IMG/VR virus record: IMGVR_UViG_3300021410_000065
Span: 1 to 59,479 of that record
Strand: one strand, 5' to 3'
Source of the DNA: a virus
Lineage: Duplodnaviria; Caudoviricetes
Length of the DNA: 59,479 nucleotides
Shown: positions 36,645 to 45,250 of the stretch, one piece after another
How positions within the stretch are numbered: position 1 is the stretch's first letter
Layout of the letters: every line of letters starts with the position of its first letter
Program-made: the position numbers and the translations under genes
The notes under the pieces: model-generated
Database searches by the model: none
Seen by the model: only the letters and a program-made list of their open reading frames with translations
Told to the model about the DNA's origin: nothing

Positions 36645-36676
36645 AAAAAAGCCCGCTCGGCGAAGGCCTGCGGGCT
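36645..36676 (-). terminator. Late leader terminator (tR'-like)
   Basis: AGCCCGC...GCGGGC-TTTTTT about 35 nt downstream of the late promoter. Confidence 0.8.
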
Positions 36677-36712
36677 CGGGGCGCACTGATGAACAGTGAC
36701 TAATCGAGGCGT

Positions 36713-36741
36713 ATTTTAGGAGTGAAAATCACAACTGACAA
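36713..36741 (-). promoter_or_regulatory. Late promoter (pR'-like)
   Basis: TTGTCA-N17-TAAAAT immediately after the Q-like gene. Confidence 0.8.
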
Positions 36742-36762
36742 GATATTTCGTCAGTTGCGTCC

Positions 36763-37392
36763 CTATCCGGTTAATCCGCACTCGGAGAACAGCGCGGCGA
36801 TCGCCTCCATTGCGCGAGCTTCTTCCCCCTTTTTTCCTGCGCCACGCTGCCCATCTGCTTCCTTGGTCGTCCTGCTTCCTCGCAGCCAAGTCACCAGCAG
36901 GCCGTTGTGCTTCGTCGCTGTATTTGTGCTCACGTTCGCTCGCGATGCCGCGTCCTGCAGTAGCAATTTCTTCCCGAAGTATCGAGCAATGATCGCGTCG
37001 CGCAGTATCCGAGAGGTGACATGCGACGAAAGGGCGTCAGCCACGGCATGGTCGGAGATCACGCGTATCGCGGCCAACCAATCATGATCGTCCGCAGGGC
37101 TGCCGCAACACGGGCAGTTCGCCACGCGCTCGCCGAATCGCGCCCAAAGGATTGCCTGATGCAGGCGCGACAGCGATGTCACCTTGCTCAGGATCATGCC
37201 CGCCTGCCCTGCTCCATCCAGCCCGCCGAGCCCCTTCCCGCTACCTCCGCCCTTATCGGCCATCCTGGCCATCATCGGGCGCTCGACCGCCTGCGCCGAG
37301 TAATTGAATGCGAACGTTAGCGCGGCGTGCGCACTCGTAAATAGCCGTTCTTCCATAATTGCCGCTCCGTTGTTGGCCTGATCCTTCGCCAT
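36763..37392 (-). CDS. Late-gene antiterminator (Q-like); start uncertain
   Basis: Sits before pR'/tR'; GLGGLDGAGQAG, CPCC zinc motif, C-terminal HTH. Confidence 0.72.
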   Translation of the reverse strand: MAKDQANNGAAIMEERLFTSAHAALTFAFNYSAQAVERPMMARMADKGGGSGKGLGGLDGAGQAGMILSKVTSLSRLHQAILWARFGERVANCPCCGSPADDHDWLAAIRVISDHAVADALSSHVTSRILRDAIIARYFGKKLLLQDAASRANVSTNTATKHNGLLVTWLRGSRTTKEADGQRGAGKKGEEARAMEAIAALFSECGLTG

Positions 37393-37524
37393 ACCGCTCC
37401 CCTGTTTCATCTCAAAATTGACCACGACGCCGGCCCTACCGGTTCCCATCGCGCAGCCACTCCCACCAAATCCAAATTGCGATGCCTGCCCAAAGCGCAT
37501 ACTCGAGCGCCATGTATCCGTTCT

Positions 37525-37917
37525 TCACGCCACCTCCCGCACGGTGATGCCGTGAACGTGAAGCATCAGCTTCCGCTTCATGACGTAGTCGGGCGTCTTC
37601 ACTCCTTTCACGTCTTCCACCACCTCGCGCCCGTCCTGCTGATAGGCGAAGTCGGCCACGTAGGTGCAGGCGCGCTCAGCGCTGCCGTCGGCACGGCGTT
37701 GCGCTGGGATCAGCGTGAACTTGACCTGCAGCCGAAGGTCGCTGATCGCACCGGCGGCGAGCAATGCGCGCAGCTGGCGGTACCGCACGGATTCGCGCTT
37801 GCTGTCGAAAAGGATTTCGTCCACCGCGGTCTTCTCGTTTCGGTACTTGCTCTTGCGCGGTGGGCGGATGCGGGGATGGCCGGCAACGTATTGCGCGGCG
37901 CTCATGCGGGTGCTCAT
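37525..37917 (-). CDS. DUF1064-family PD-(D/E)XK nuclease
   Basis: SKYRN...FDSKRE...LQVKF...YVADF...VVEDVKG. Confidence 0.88.
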   Translation of the reverse strand: MSTRMSAAQYVAGHPRIRPPRKSKYRNEKTAVDEILFDSKRESVRYRQLRALLAAGAISDLRLQVKFTLIPAQRRADGSAERACTYVADFAYQQDGREVVEDVKGVKTPDYVMKRKLMLHVHGITVREVA

Positions 37918-38123
37918 GCTGCCTTCCTTTGGGTCTTCAGCCAGGTGACGCGTGCTGTGGCGACGCCGGACGGGGCGTTCTTGAATTGGTCGCACTGGCG
38001 CGGGTAGATCAGGCTCATGAATTCCGCTGTGGTCAGGTGCGCGCAGCGGGCGTAGCCCTGGCGGGCCATGGCGCCAGCGCCCTTCGGATCCGCGCTGGTG
38101 CAGTCGATGCACTGGACCGTCAT
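37914..38123 (-). CDS. Small Cys-rich protein
   Basis: CIDC...C...C; ATGA-coupled. Confidence 0.6.
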   Translation of the reverse strand: MTVQCIDCTSADPKGAGAMARQGYARCAHLTTAEFMSLIYPRQCDQFKNAPSGVATARVTWLKTQRKAA

Positions 38124-38290
38124 GACCGGCCTCCACGATGGCGATAGCCGTAGTCCTGCTCGCCGGCGGCACCCGTTCGGAAGATGTCGCCAAGGCGCGC
38201 GCCATGACGCGACAGGTTCCCCATCAAAAGCCCGAAGCCGACGCACTCGGCGAGAACGAAGCACAGCAATATCAGATTGGATTGATCCAT
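38120..38290 (-). CDS. Small membrane protein
   Basis: MDQSNLILLCFVLAECVGFGLL; coupled. Confidence 0.5.
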   Translation of the reverse strand: MDQSNLILLCFVLAECVGFGLLMGNLSRHGARLGDIFRTGAAGEQDYGYRHRGGRS

Positions 38291-38292
38291 CG

Positions 38293-38940
38293 CTATAGCG
38301 CCTGTCGGTTTGGCAGGAGTTGCGCCGCAGTTGCCGGATCCATACGGGTGAAACCGAGCCCCCGTCGATCGGCGCCGCGTGCGATCACCACCTGCGCCCG
38401 CTTTGGGTCGCCGATCAACACTGGCGGCGGCGTGTCGAACCCTTCGCGCCCGTTCTGAGCCTCGGCAATTCCGATCATGGTGCGCGGGTAGTCCGTCGCA
38501 TCGTTGCGCAGTCGGTAGCCGCGATAGCGGTTCTCGAACTCGTTGCGCACGAACGGCCACTCCTTTCCGTCCTTCGCACCGATCGCCACCCACCCGCCCA
38601 TATCCTGGATCACGGCGTGAATAATCGGGTCGTCGAATGCCACAGTCTGGTAGGGGCCAACCTGGCGCACCGCAAGATCAACCTTCGACCATGCCACGAG
38701 TGCACCGTCCTTGGTCGATCCGTGCAACAGCTTCACCACGTCGGCCGGCATTGGCGCAAATTGGCCGTTGTCAGGGTTTACGCAGTGACGGTTGAATGCA
38801 TCCTTCACCGCCTCCAAGTCGAAAGGCTTGGTAGCTTCCCACCAGACGCCAAGCGAAAAAGTCGAAATCGGCTTTTTGTAAAACGCCTGTACGTTGCTGA
38901 CCAACGTGTAGAGTTCTTCACGCTCGGACTCTTGCATCAC
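38293..38940 (-). CDS. Helicase loader-like protein (DUF6475-type)
   Basis: Follows the initiator; FAPMPADVV, AWSKV..AV..VGPY, FDDPIIH...MGGW. Confidence 0.78.
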   Translation of the reverse strand: MMQESEREELYTLVSNVQAFYKKPISTFSLGVWWEATKPFDLEAVKDAFNRHCVNPDNGQFAPMPADVVKLLHGSTKDGALVAWSKVDLAVRQVGPYQTVAFDDPIIHAVIQDMGGWVAIGAKDGKEWPFVRNEFENRYRGYRLRNDATDYPRTMIGIAEAQNGREGFDTPPPVLIGDPKRAQVVIARGADRRGLGFTRMDPATAAQLLPNRQAL

Positions 38941-39713
38941 TTCCTCCCTAACGCACGCTGCACGGCGTCGCGGTTGCTTGCTTCCAGGGCTTCCTGGCGA
39001 TTAAGTTGAGTTGCCGCCGCCTGTATCGGTGGACGGCCGCTGGGCGGGAACAAACCCTGGTAGCCGCCAGCTATGCAGTGCTCGACCACGGTGGTCGGAT
39101 CCCAACCGTCGGCGCGATATGCGGTCAACTTGCCGATCTGCGAACGGGCGGTCTCTTCGGTGATGGGCTTCTTGATCTCGCCGCGGTGCTTGACCCACCG
39201 AGCCCAGAGTGCGGAAGGCAGCCAGTCTGGCAATGCGATCGATTCGGCGTCGAACCCTCGCGAGCGCTTGCGCTCCGCCTTGATGGTTATTGATGGTTCT
39301 ATTGATGGTTCATTGACGGTTATATGCGGGTGCAACCCGTTGCACCCTTTAGCGTCGCCAATTGCACCCTTTGTGTTGTTAGTTGCACCCTTTGCGTCGT
39401 GGATTGCACCCTTTTCGGGGGGTGCAATTTCTGCACCCTTTATCCAGTCCGGTGAAATTCGGTATTCACGGCGCTGATTACGGCCGCCATTGCCCGAGTT
39501 CACCAGGATGATCCACCCAGCCTCTTCCATCCGACGCAGTTGATACTGCACGGATCGTTCGGACTGGCGCGTCTTATCGGCAAGCGACTTGATCGAGGGA
39601 TAGATCCCGGATCCGTCATCGCTCGAATGGTCGGCAAGCGCGAGCGCGAGCAGCATCTCGCCGCCGCCGTTCGGGTATCGCTTGAAAACCATGGTCATTA
39701 CTTCGACGCTCAT
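38937..39713 (-). CDS. Replication initiator (N-terminal wHTH, internal iteron-like repeats)
   Basis: LLALAD...YPSIKSLADKT..SERSVQ; repeated (T)TGCACCC motif at about 39330-39440. Confidence 0.85.
   Translation of the reverse strand: MSVEVMTMVFKRYPNGGGEMLLALALADHSSDDGSGIYPSIKSLADKTRQSERSVQYQLRRMEEAGWIILVNSGNGGRNQRREYRISPDWIKGAEIAPPEKGAIHDAKGATNNTKGAIGDAKGCNGLHPHITVNEPSIEPSITIKAERKRSRGFDAESIALPDWLPSALWARWVKHRGEIKKPITEETARSQIGKLTAYRADGWDPTTVVEHCIAGGYQGLFPPSGRPPIQAAATQLNRQEALEASNRDAVQRALGRK
39330..39440. repeat. Putative replication origin iterons
   Basis: TGCACCC(T/C)T recurs about five times at roughly 21-nt spacing within the initiator gene. Confidence 0.65.
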
Positions 39714-39724
39714 TGCATGCGCCC

Positions 39725-40165
39725 TTAAAACGGATATGTGTTGATGTCAGGGACGGGGATCGACGCCGGCCAACGGCCAAGCGCCACCAGCGCACGCACG
39801 CTTTTCACGTGTGCGTCCCACCAGATGCGTTGGCGCTCCTGGCGGCTCCATCTGCTGCCCTGATCCAGTTCGCGATGAAGATCGCGGGCGATCGCTGCTA
39901 CGTAGACATCACTCGCCTTAATCCGTCCGCCTTTCCCATGGCAAGCCCAGTTGCTGTGCGCGGGGTCGGTTTCCCCGACTCGCCCTGTAATCTGGCAAGG
40001 TAGGGTCTTAAAGATGTCGAGCAGCGCACGGCTGCGCACGTAGGGGAAACCACCAAGGCGTGGCGCGCGGATGCGCGTGCGCTTCTTCTGTTTGAAGGTG
40101 GACCGCGACAGCGATACGGTGCCGCGCGCCATTGGCGACTTCCGGACGAGCCTGCCTTGTTTCAT
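39725..40165 (-). CDS. Nin-region nuclease-like protein (DUF968/Ref-like)
   Basis: LPCQITG...DPAHSN...HGKG..IKASD. Confidence 0.65.
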   Translation of the reverse strand: MKQGRLVRKSPMARGTVSLSRSTFKQKKRTRIRAPRLGGFPYVRSRALLDIFKTLPCQITGRVGETDPAHSNWACHGKGGRIKASDVYVAAIARDLHRELDQGSRWSRQERQRIWWDAHVKSVRALVALGRWPASIPVPDINTYPF

Positions 40166-40635
40166 GCGCCAAACCCCGCGAGCAGCCCTTCGATAGCAGC
40201 ACTGGCAGCAACGTCCCCGATCTCGGGCCACAAGAAGCGTGTCGACTGCACCGTTCGAAGAAATGACGTGACCTTGATGTGGTGTTCGTAAAATTCCGCA
40301 TCATCCAGGCTGTCGTAGGCAATTGAGAGAGGCAACGCCACCAATCGGCCCTTCGGTCCTGGAACGAACGTACAGTGCCCGGCGCCCACCTCAACCCATT
40401 TGCGCAGGTCCTCGGAGTTCGCGAACTGTTCCTGGTTGTCGAACAGTGCGCCGAGCATGGCAAAGTGCAGTCGGTGGAACTTGGGGCTTCGCGGGAAGCG
40501 ATGTTCGAACGTGATCGTGTCGCCCGGACGCAGTAGGCCGAGCTTCTTCTTAAAGCGCGCGTATCCACGGCAATCTGCCGGCGTCAGACCATCCAGCTTG
40601 CCGAGCTCGTCCACGCGAAGCGCCAACTTAGCCAT
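40162..40635 (-). CDS. DUF1367-like protein
   Basis: PRSPKFHRLHFAML...LRKWVEVGAGH...SIAYDSLD. Confidence 0.72.
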   Translation of the reverse strand: MAKLALRVDELGKLDGLTPADCRGYARFKKKLGLLRPGDTITFEHRFPRSPKFHRLHFAMLGALFDNQEQFANSEDLRKWVEVGAGHCTFVPGPKGRLVALPLSIAYDSLDDAEFYEHHIKVTSFLRTVQSTRFLWPEIGDVAASAAIEGLLAGFGA

Positions 40636-40933
40636 GGCGCCCTCCCAGCAATCGGCCCCGGACCAGCATCACCGGCCGGATGTTGTTGTGCGTAATCGTG
40701 CACGCCCGACGGCGCCCTTCCTTCAGCACGCCTAAGTCGAGAAGCTCCTTCACTCGCCCCGCGACACAATTGATGGCCATACCGGTCCCACTCGAAAGCT
40801 CGATGCGCGAGAAGTCCGAGCCCGGACGCTTCGCGATGAAATCGACAATTTGCTGCTGCTTTGGGCCCAGCTTCCCTTCCGTCTGCAGCTGGGCGTATGC
40901 CTCTCTGCTGGTGTCTCGAACGTTGGTGCGCAT
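40628..40933 (-). CDS. wHTH DNA-binding protein
   Basis: TSREAY...SRIELS..TGMAINCVAGRVKEL. Confidence 0.7.
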   Translation of the reverse strand: MRTNVRDTSREAYAQLQTEGKLGPKQQQIVDFIAKRPGSDFSRIELSSGTGMAINCVAGRVKELLDLGVLKEGRRRACTITHNNIRPVMLVRGRLLGGRHG

Positions 40934-40935
40934 GG

Positions 40936-41163
40936 TCAGCCCACCGTACCTACGCGAGCGCGGATGTAGCGGATCGAGCCGAACGCATGCTGTTCCAGCA
41001 CCGCACGCACATACTCCGCCTTCGTCTTGCCGGAAAGCCCCGCAAGCGACGCAATCGCGTCATACAGATCCTCCGGGACAGGCGTATCAAGCCTGGCGGT
41101 ACATTTGCCGCCGCTCGTATCGCCGCCTATGCGCGACTCCTGGGACTCAATTTCGGGAAGCAT
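40936..41163 (-). CDS. Ribbon-helix-helix regulator (at the CII position)
   Basis: RLDTPVPEDLYDAIASLA...KTKAEYVR. Confidence 0.65.
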   Translation of the reverse strand: MLPEIESQESRIGGDTSGGKCTARLDTPVPEDLYDAIASLAGLSGKTKAEYVRAVLEQHAFGSIRYIRARVGTVG

Positions 41164-41256
41164 CGGATACCTATCGGATAAAGGTCGCATTCACGAAACG
41201 GTGCGTTTCCAGTGCAATGCGGTTCTGCCAATCAACTACGTTGAAAAGAGAACGAA

Positions 41257-41418
41257 ATGGAAAAGTGCCAAACTGAACTGCTGTTGGAACGCGCCCAGGA
41301 CATAGCGCGTCGATTTTTTGAAGAGCCGACTGATGCGGCGGTAATGCAGATCTTTCAGCGTGTCTGCGTGGAGCACGACATGGCTCAGGAGCTACGCCTC
41401 GGAGCCTCCTGCCATTGA
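41257..41418 (+). CDS. 53-aa antisense small protein (not in the ORF track)
   Basis: MEKCQTELLLERAQDIARRFFEEPTDAAVMQIFQRVCVEHDMAQELRLGASCH, translated by hand; purine-rich RBS. Confidence 0.6.
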   Translation: MEKCQTELLLERAQDIARRFFEEPTDAAVMQIFQRVCVEHDMAQELRLGASCH

Positions 41419-41573
41419 TCAAATGTCTGTCGGACCGATCGGAATGCGCTTGTCCGGCGCCGGATCGTTGGCCGCCATGTCACTGTCTTCATTCATCGAC
41501 AGCCACAGAAGCGAACTGAGAGCATCGCGGGTAAAAATTAGGCCTGCTGACCCGCTGTAAACGATTAGCGAAC

Positions 41574-41849
41574 TCATGCGGGCACCGGCGAAGATCCCGC
41601 AGGGGCGGGTAAGTCTGGCCATATCAACCAGTAATCGTCAGGTCGAAGTTCCTGGCGAGTTACTGCTTTGTCAGTTGCGCGCTCGATCGCCAGACAGTTT
41701 TCTGGCGAAGGTAAACGCCCGGCATAGCGGTGCTGCCACTGTCGTATCTGAGCGTCGCTTTTGACGTCATAGCCAAGATGAAGAATTCGTCGGCGCAATT
41801 CTGGTACGGTCGGCGAACCAGGAGCGGAGAGGTATGAGTTCAGGTCCAT
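41574..41849 (-). CDS. cro: Cro-like repressor (YdaS family)
   Basis: IRQW...PSPENCLAIERAT..AVTRQELRPDD; divergent from cI. Confidence 0.88.
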   Translation of the reverse strand: MDLNSYLSAPGSPTVPELRRRILHLGYDVKSDAQIRQWQHRYAGRLPSPENCLAIERATDKAVTRQELRPDDYWLIWPDLPAPAGSSPVPA

Positions 41850-41855
41850 ACGCCG

Positions 41856-41916
41856 ATACTAGTAGCATTAGCTACCGATGTAAAGTAGCTTTTGCTCTGA
41901 TAGCGCATGCTACGTT
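41856..41916. promoter_or_regulatory. OR region: PR, PRM and three operators
   Basis: GTAGC-N4-GCTAC-type palindromes at 41862, 41885 and 41900; PR TTTACA-N17-TAGTAT on the minus strand; PRM -10 TACGTT. Confidence 0.8.
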
Positions 41917-41922
41917 TCTGCC

Positions 41923-42966
41923 ATGAACGAGATCAAACTATCCGAGTACCGAATGGCGCGCCTGCAAGCTGCCATCGATAAGCTCGACCAAGGCAATAAA
42001 TCAGCCTTTGGTCGTCGTCTCGGCTATAAAGACGGCGCGTTCATACGGCAGCTGATGAGTGGCCTGCGCCCCATCACAGAGAAGACTATTCGTCAGATCG
42101 AAGGCTTGCACGGCATGGCTGGTTGGTTCGAGCCGTCAGCCAACGACAAGTCCGCGCCTGCACCAACGCTCGCCTCTTGGCCCTTCGCCTCGATCGACGA
42201 GCGAGACGTTCGAGAATTGGCACCGGGTGACCTCAAGGCGCTTGAGGGGGCACTGGCACTCGCCATAGCCCAACTCAAGCTCAACTTGAAGGTAAGCCCG
42301 CCCGTCCCCGTTGCGCGCGCTACACAAAGCAAGGCAATCGATCTCAGCTCGGTTGAAGAGCCATTTCCATTTGTCCCTTCTAAACCGATGCCATGGGAGC
42401 TTCCAACCGCAACGTCAATTAGGCCGGAGCCGCGCGAGTCTTTGCGCATTAGCTCAGCGAATGTTGGACATGTTGCGCACGCGGGCTACTCTGCGAACGA
42501 CCATGAGTTTGTACCGGTTCCCGAATTGAGCGTGCGTCTCGCCGCGGGTGCCCTCGGTATCGAGAACTACCATGAGACGGAAATCGGTGAGATTCAGCTC
42601 CGACGATCGTTTCTTGAATCATTCGGACTACCCCTCGACCGCATGAAGATCGTCTATGCAGATGGCAACAGCATGGAGCCGGTGATCCGGCATCAAGGCC
42701 CAATGCTGTTTTTTGAAGAAATGGTGACTGACTGGCGTCAAATCGACAGCCGCACCATCTACGCCATTAACCATGGCGGAAAGATGATCGTGAAATGTCT
42801 CGTGCGCGCGCGAGACGGAGTTTGGATGGCGCGGTCACTCAACCCAGGCCACAAAGATTTTCCATTGGTTGAAGACGATGGACGCGAAGTGCGGATCGTC
42901 GGGAGGATTTTGTGGTCACCCTACGATCTGCGCAATGGCGTCGATGAGCGCCTGGTGCGTCGATAG
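41923..42966 (+). CDS. cI: CI-like repressor with S24 autopeptidase domain
   Basis: N-terminal HTH, LAAGALG cleavage loop, GNSMEP Ser, IVKCL Lys, RIVGRILW. Confidence 0.92.
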   Translation: MNEIKLSEYRMARLQAAIDKLDQGNKSAFGRRLGYKDGAFIRQLMSGLRPITEKTIRQIEGLHGMAGWFEPSANDKSAPAPTLASWPFASIDERDVRELAPGDLKALEGALALAIAQLKLNLKVSPPVPVARATQSKAIDLSSVEEPFPFVPSKPMPWELPTATSIRPEPRESLRISSANVGHVAHAGYSANDHEFVPVPELSVRLAAGALGIENYHETEIGEIQLRRSFLESFGLPLDRMKIVYADGNSMEPVIRHQGPMLFFEEMVTDWRQIDSRTIYAINHGGKMIVKCLVRARDGVWMARSLNPGHKDFPLVEDDGREVRIVGRILWSPYDLRNGVDERLVRR

Positions 42967-42981
42967 AAGAGATCGCTTGCA

Positions 42982-43419
42982 ATGAATGTGTCGTCAGCGA
43001 AAACCAACATGTCTCGTTTCCTGTGCCTCTGCGCTGCATTTGCGGCCATGACCGGCTGCGCTACTAAAGCCCCAGAAGATCCTAAGCTCAGTGCGATTGC
43101 GGCATGGCGCCCCGCTGCTTCCGCTGCGGTGGATGCCGGACAACTCTCCCAGTCGCAGTATCTCCAGCAGCTTTATGAGATCGTTTCCGCACCGCCAGTC
43201 GATCGCAGTGATGTGATTTGGATGCGCAGACTTGCGCAAGATATTGATACCAGCGAGAAGCTTGAGCGCGGTTCGATCTCAGAGTCGGAAGCTGTGACCC
43301 AAATGCGATTTAGCGAGGTTCGTTACCAAGACGAAATCGACGCATACATGCGCAGCTTAATGCCCGCTCAGGCATCCTGCGTCACTTGGCAGGGTTTCAC
43401 ACAATGCAGATCGCACTGA
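42982..43419 (+). CDS. Lipoprotein co-transcribed with cI
   Basis: Signal peptide with AMTG-C lipobox. Confidence 0.72.
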   Translation: MNVSSAKTNMSRFLCLCAAFAAMTGCATKAPEDPKLSAIAAWRPAASAAVDAGQLSQSQYLQQLYEIVSAPPVDRSDVIWMRRLAQDIDTSEKLERGSISESEAVTQMRFSEVRYQDEIDAYMRSLMPAQASCVTWQGFTQCRSH

Positions 43420-43448
43420 CGTAGCCGAGAAGTCGGCTTGAACGGCAG

Positions 43449-43471
43449 ACCCGCAATGGCGGGTTTTTTTT
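43449..43471 (+). terminator. Terminator of the immunity operon
   Basis: ACCCGC-AATG-GCGGG followed by T8. Confidence 0.8.
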
Positions 43472-43537
43472 CGTCCATCCAATTCACCGCATTCATCGCC
43501 GGCATGCTCGCCAATCCCCAACTTCCGTCCGTCAGTA

Positions 43538-43579
43538 GTAGCATTTGCTCTTGACTCAATGAGTAGCGTTAGCTACTAT
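43538..43579 (+). promoter_or_regulatory. PL with two operators
   Basis: TTGACT-N17-TACTAT; GTAGCATTTGCTCT at 43538 and GTAGCGTTAGCTAC at 43563. Confidence 0.85.
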
Positions 43580-43685
43580 TCTTTCTACGCGCTGTGCATC
43601 AGCGTAGGAAGACCCCCTCGGCCCTGCAACCCATGCAGGAGGACGTACCGCCACGAAGTCGGATGGGGATGGGATCGCAGGACCA

Positions 43686-43698
43686 CGCTCTTTAACAA
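43686..43698 (+). promoter_or_regulatory. boxA antitermination element
   Basis: CGCTCTTTAACAA about 100 nt downstream of PL. Confidence 0.8.
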
Positions 43699-44068
43699 CC
43701 TGACCGATGAATAGCGCGACCTACAGGGACACGCCTACCCGACTTGCTGGGGGTAGAAGCAAAACCCAGAAAACCGACCGCCGGATCACAGCGCGCAACT
43801 TGGCGCAGCTGCCGGCGGACGGTGACCGCGATTTCGCGGCGCCTGTATCAGCCGATGGCGCGTAATCGGATGAAGACCACGGGGATAGTCCTGGACCCAC
43901 TGTCCATTGCAAGCCGGTTCGCCGGGTGTTGTGCAACTGGCGGTGTGCAGTACCAAGCCGTTCGCAAGAGCGGCCTTTGGCGAGCGCCATTGACCGAATT
44001 ATCAGACAACCGTGCAGGGTGTGTCGGTTGATGGTGCTCTCCAAAGTCGATCCACGTCCTGGGTGTTC

Positions 44069-44647
44069 TTACCCAGCGCGCCGGTCTAGTGCTGCTCGAA
44101 TGTACTCCGCGAGGGAAGCTCTCGCCGGATCGAACTCAGCCAAGAACACAACGTTGCCGCCCTGAAGATAAGCGTCATTTATTGGACCTTTCTTTTGATC
44201 CAAGGACAGCACCACAGAATGCTTAGCTCGCGCGGCAAGAGAAATATCAGCCTCGTCCTGAAACAGGCCGGTTTTCGGTCGCATTCGGCTGTGTCGCTCC
44301 TTCAGCGGCGTGCGCTGTTGCTGCATGAATTCAAGTTCCTCTATATCAGCAAACCGGCCCGAATTGAAGCCGCTGACACGCTGTTGCTCTAACGGAAACC
44401 TCTCATCGTAAAAACCGAAGTAAGAGTCAACCTCTACCAAGCACTTGCTGATAGAAGCCCGTATGAACTCTTCTAGCCACGGCTTGTTTTCACGGATCGG
44501 GGGAATTTCAAACTCTGCTTCGCGCGTTATGCAAATACAAAAATCAGGTCGTGGTAACGCGGCACTCAAATCAATCTGATGCAGGAAGAGAAAATCCCAG
44601 ACGTTGTTGTCGATGTATACGCTGATCGGATGCTCATTGGCGCTCAT
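44069..44647 (-). CDS. PIN-domain-like protein (moron)
   Basis: VYIDNNVWD ... E ... DEADISLA ... VLSLD acidic tetrad; visibly lower GC; antisense to PL. Confidence 0.65.
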   Translation of the reverse strand: MSANEHPISVYIDNNVWDFLFLHQIDLSAALPRPDFCICITREAEFEIPPIRENKPWLEEFIRASISKCLVEVDSYFGFYDERFPLEQQRVSGFNSGRFADIEELEFMQQQRTPLKERHSRMRPKTGLFQDEADISLAARAKHSVVLSLDQKKGPINDAYLQGGNVVFLAEFDPARASLAEYIRAALDRRAG

Positions 44648-45031
44648 TTGCCGACCTCCTGATGGTGATACGACAGATTACTCCGACGCCAGGGCAACAC
44701 CTCAAGGTTCGAACCGCGAGTGACGCGCCGGCCGACGCTGTAGACGCGTGGCGCACGATACGCGCTCTTCCTCCCTCAGGCGACTGGCCGGCGTAAGCGG
44801 CCACCTCTCTGAAAGCATCGCGCGCGGTGTTTTCAGAGTGGGGCGGAAAGCGGGATGACTGCAGCGACTCAAAACGCGGAGAGAGCACCCGGCCGGCGCC
44901 AACCGGCTCAACAAAGCGGCACACCGCACGCCAGGTATTGGGCGCATTCAGGATGCGAGATCTGATGACACCCCGGAAAGACGGGGCTTTCAGTGGAGCG
45001 GCGGTACGCAATTCAGTTCTTCCAACTTTAT

Positions 45032-45250
45032 TCAGAACGGAATTACTTCGCGACGTTCAGGTGGCCCTACGAAAAGCCCCTGTTTTGCCAGCAAATCCAT
45101 CTTCACGTTCCATTGGACAAACGTCGGATTCTCAATCACAAACGAGCCGAGTTCGATCGCAATCGGCCGACCACATAGATTGGAAAGCGCAACTGAGAAC
45201 GCCTCTTCAATTTCTGCCAAAGAGTGGTTCTTCAACGGAGTTTGATACAT
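45032..45250 (-). CDS. Hypothetical protein (72 aa)
   Basis: AAGGGA RBS; protein-like sequence. Confidence 0.5.
   Translation of the reverse strand: MYQTPLKNHSLAEIEEAFSVALSNLCGRPIAIELGSFVIENPTFVQWNVKMDLLAKQGLFVGPPERREVIPF

Noticed and set aside
43721-44165. N antiterminator ORF downstream of PL
   Set aside because: Candidate ORFs lack a credible RBS/start and an arginine-rich motif in plausible context, and they overlap RNA hairpins.
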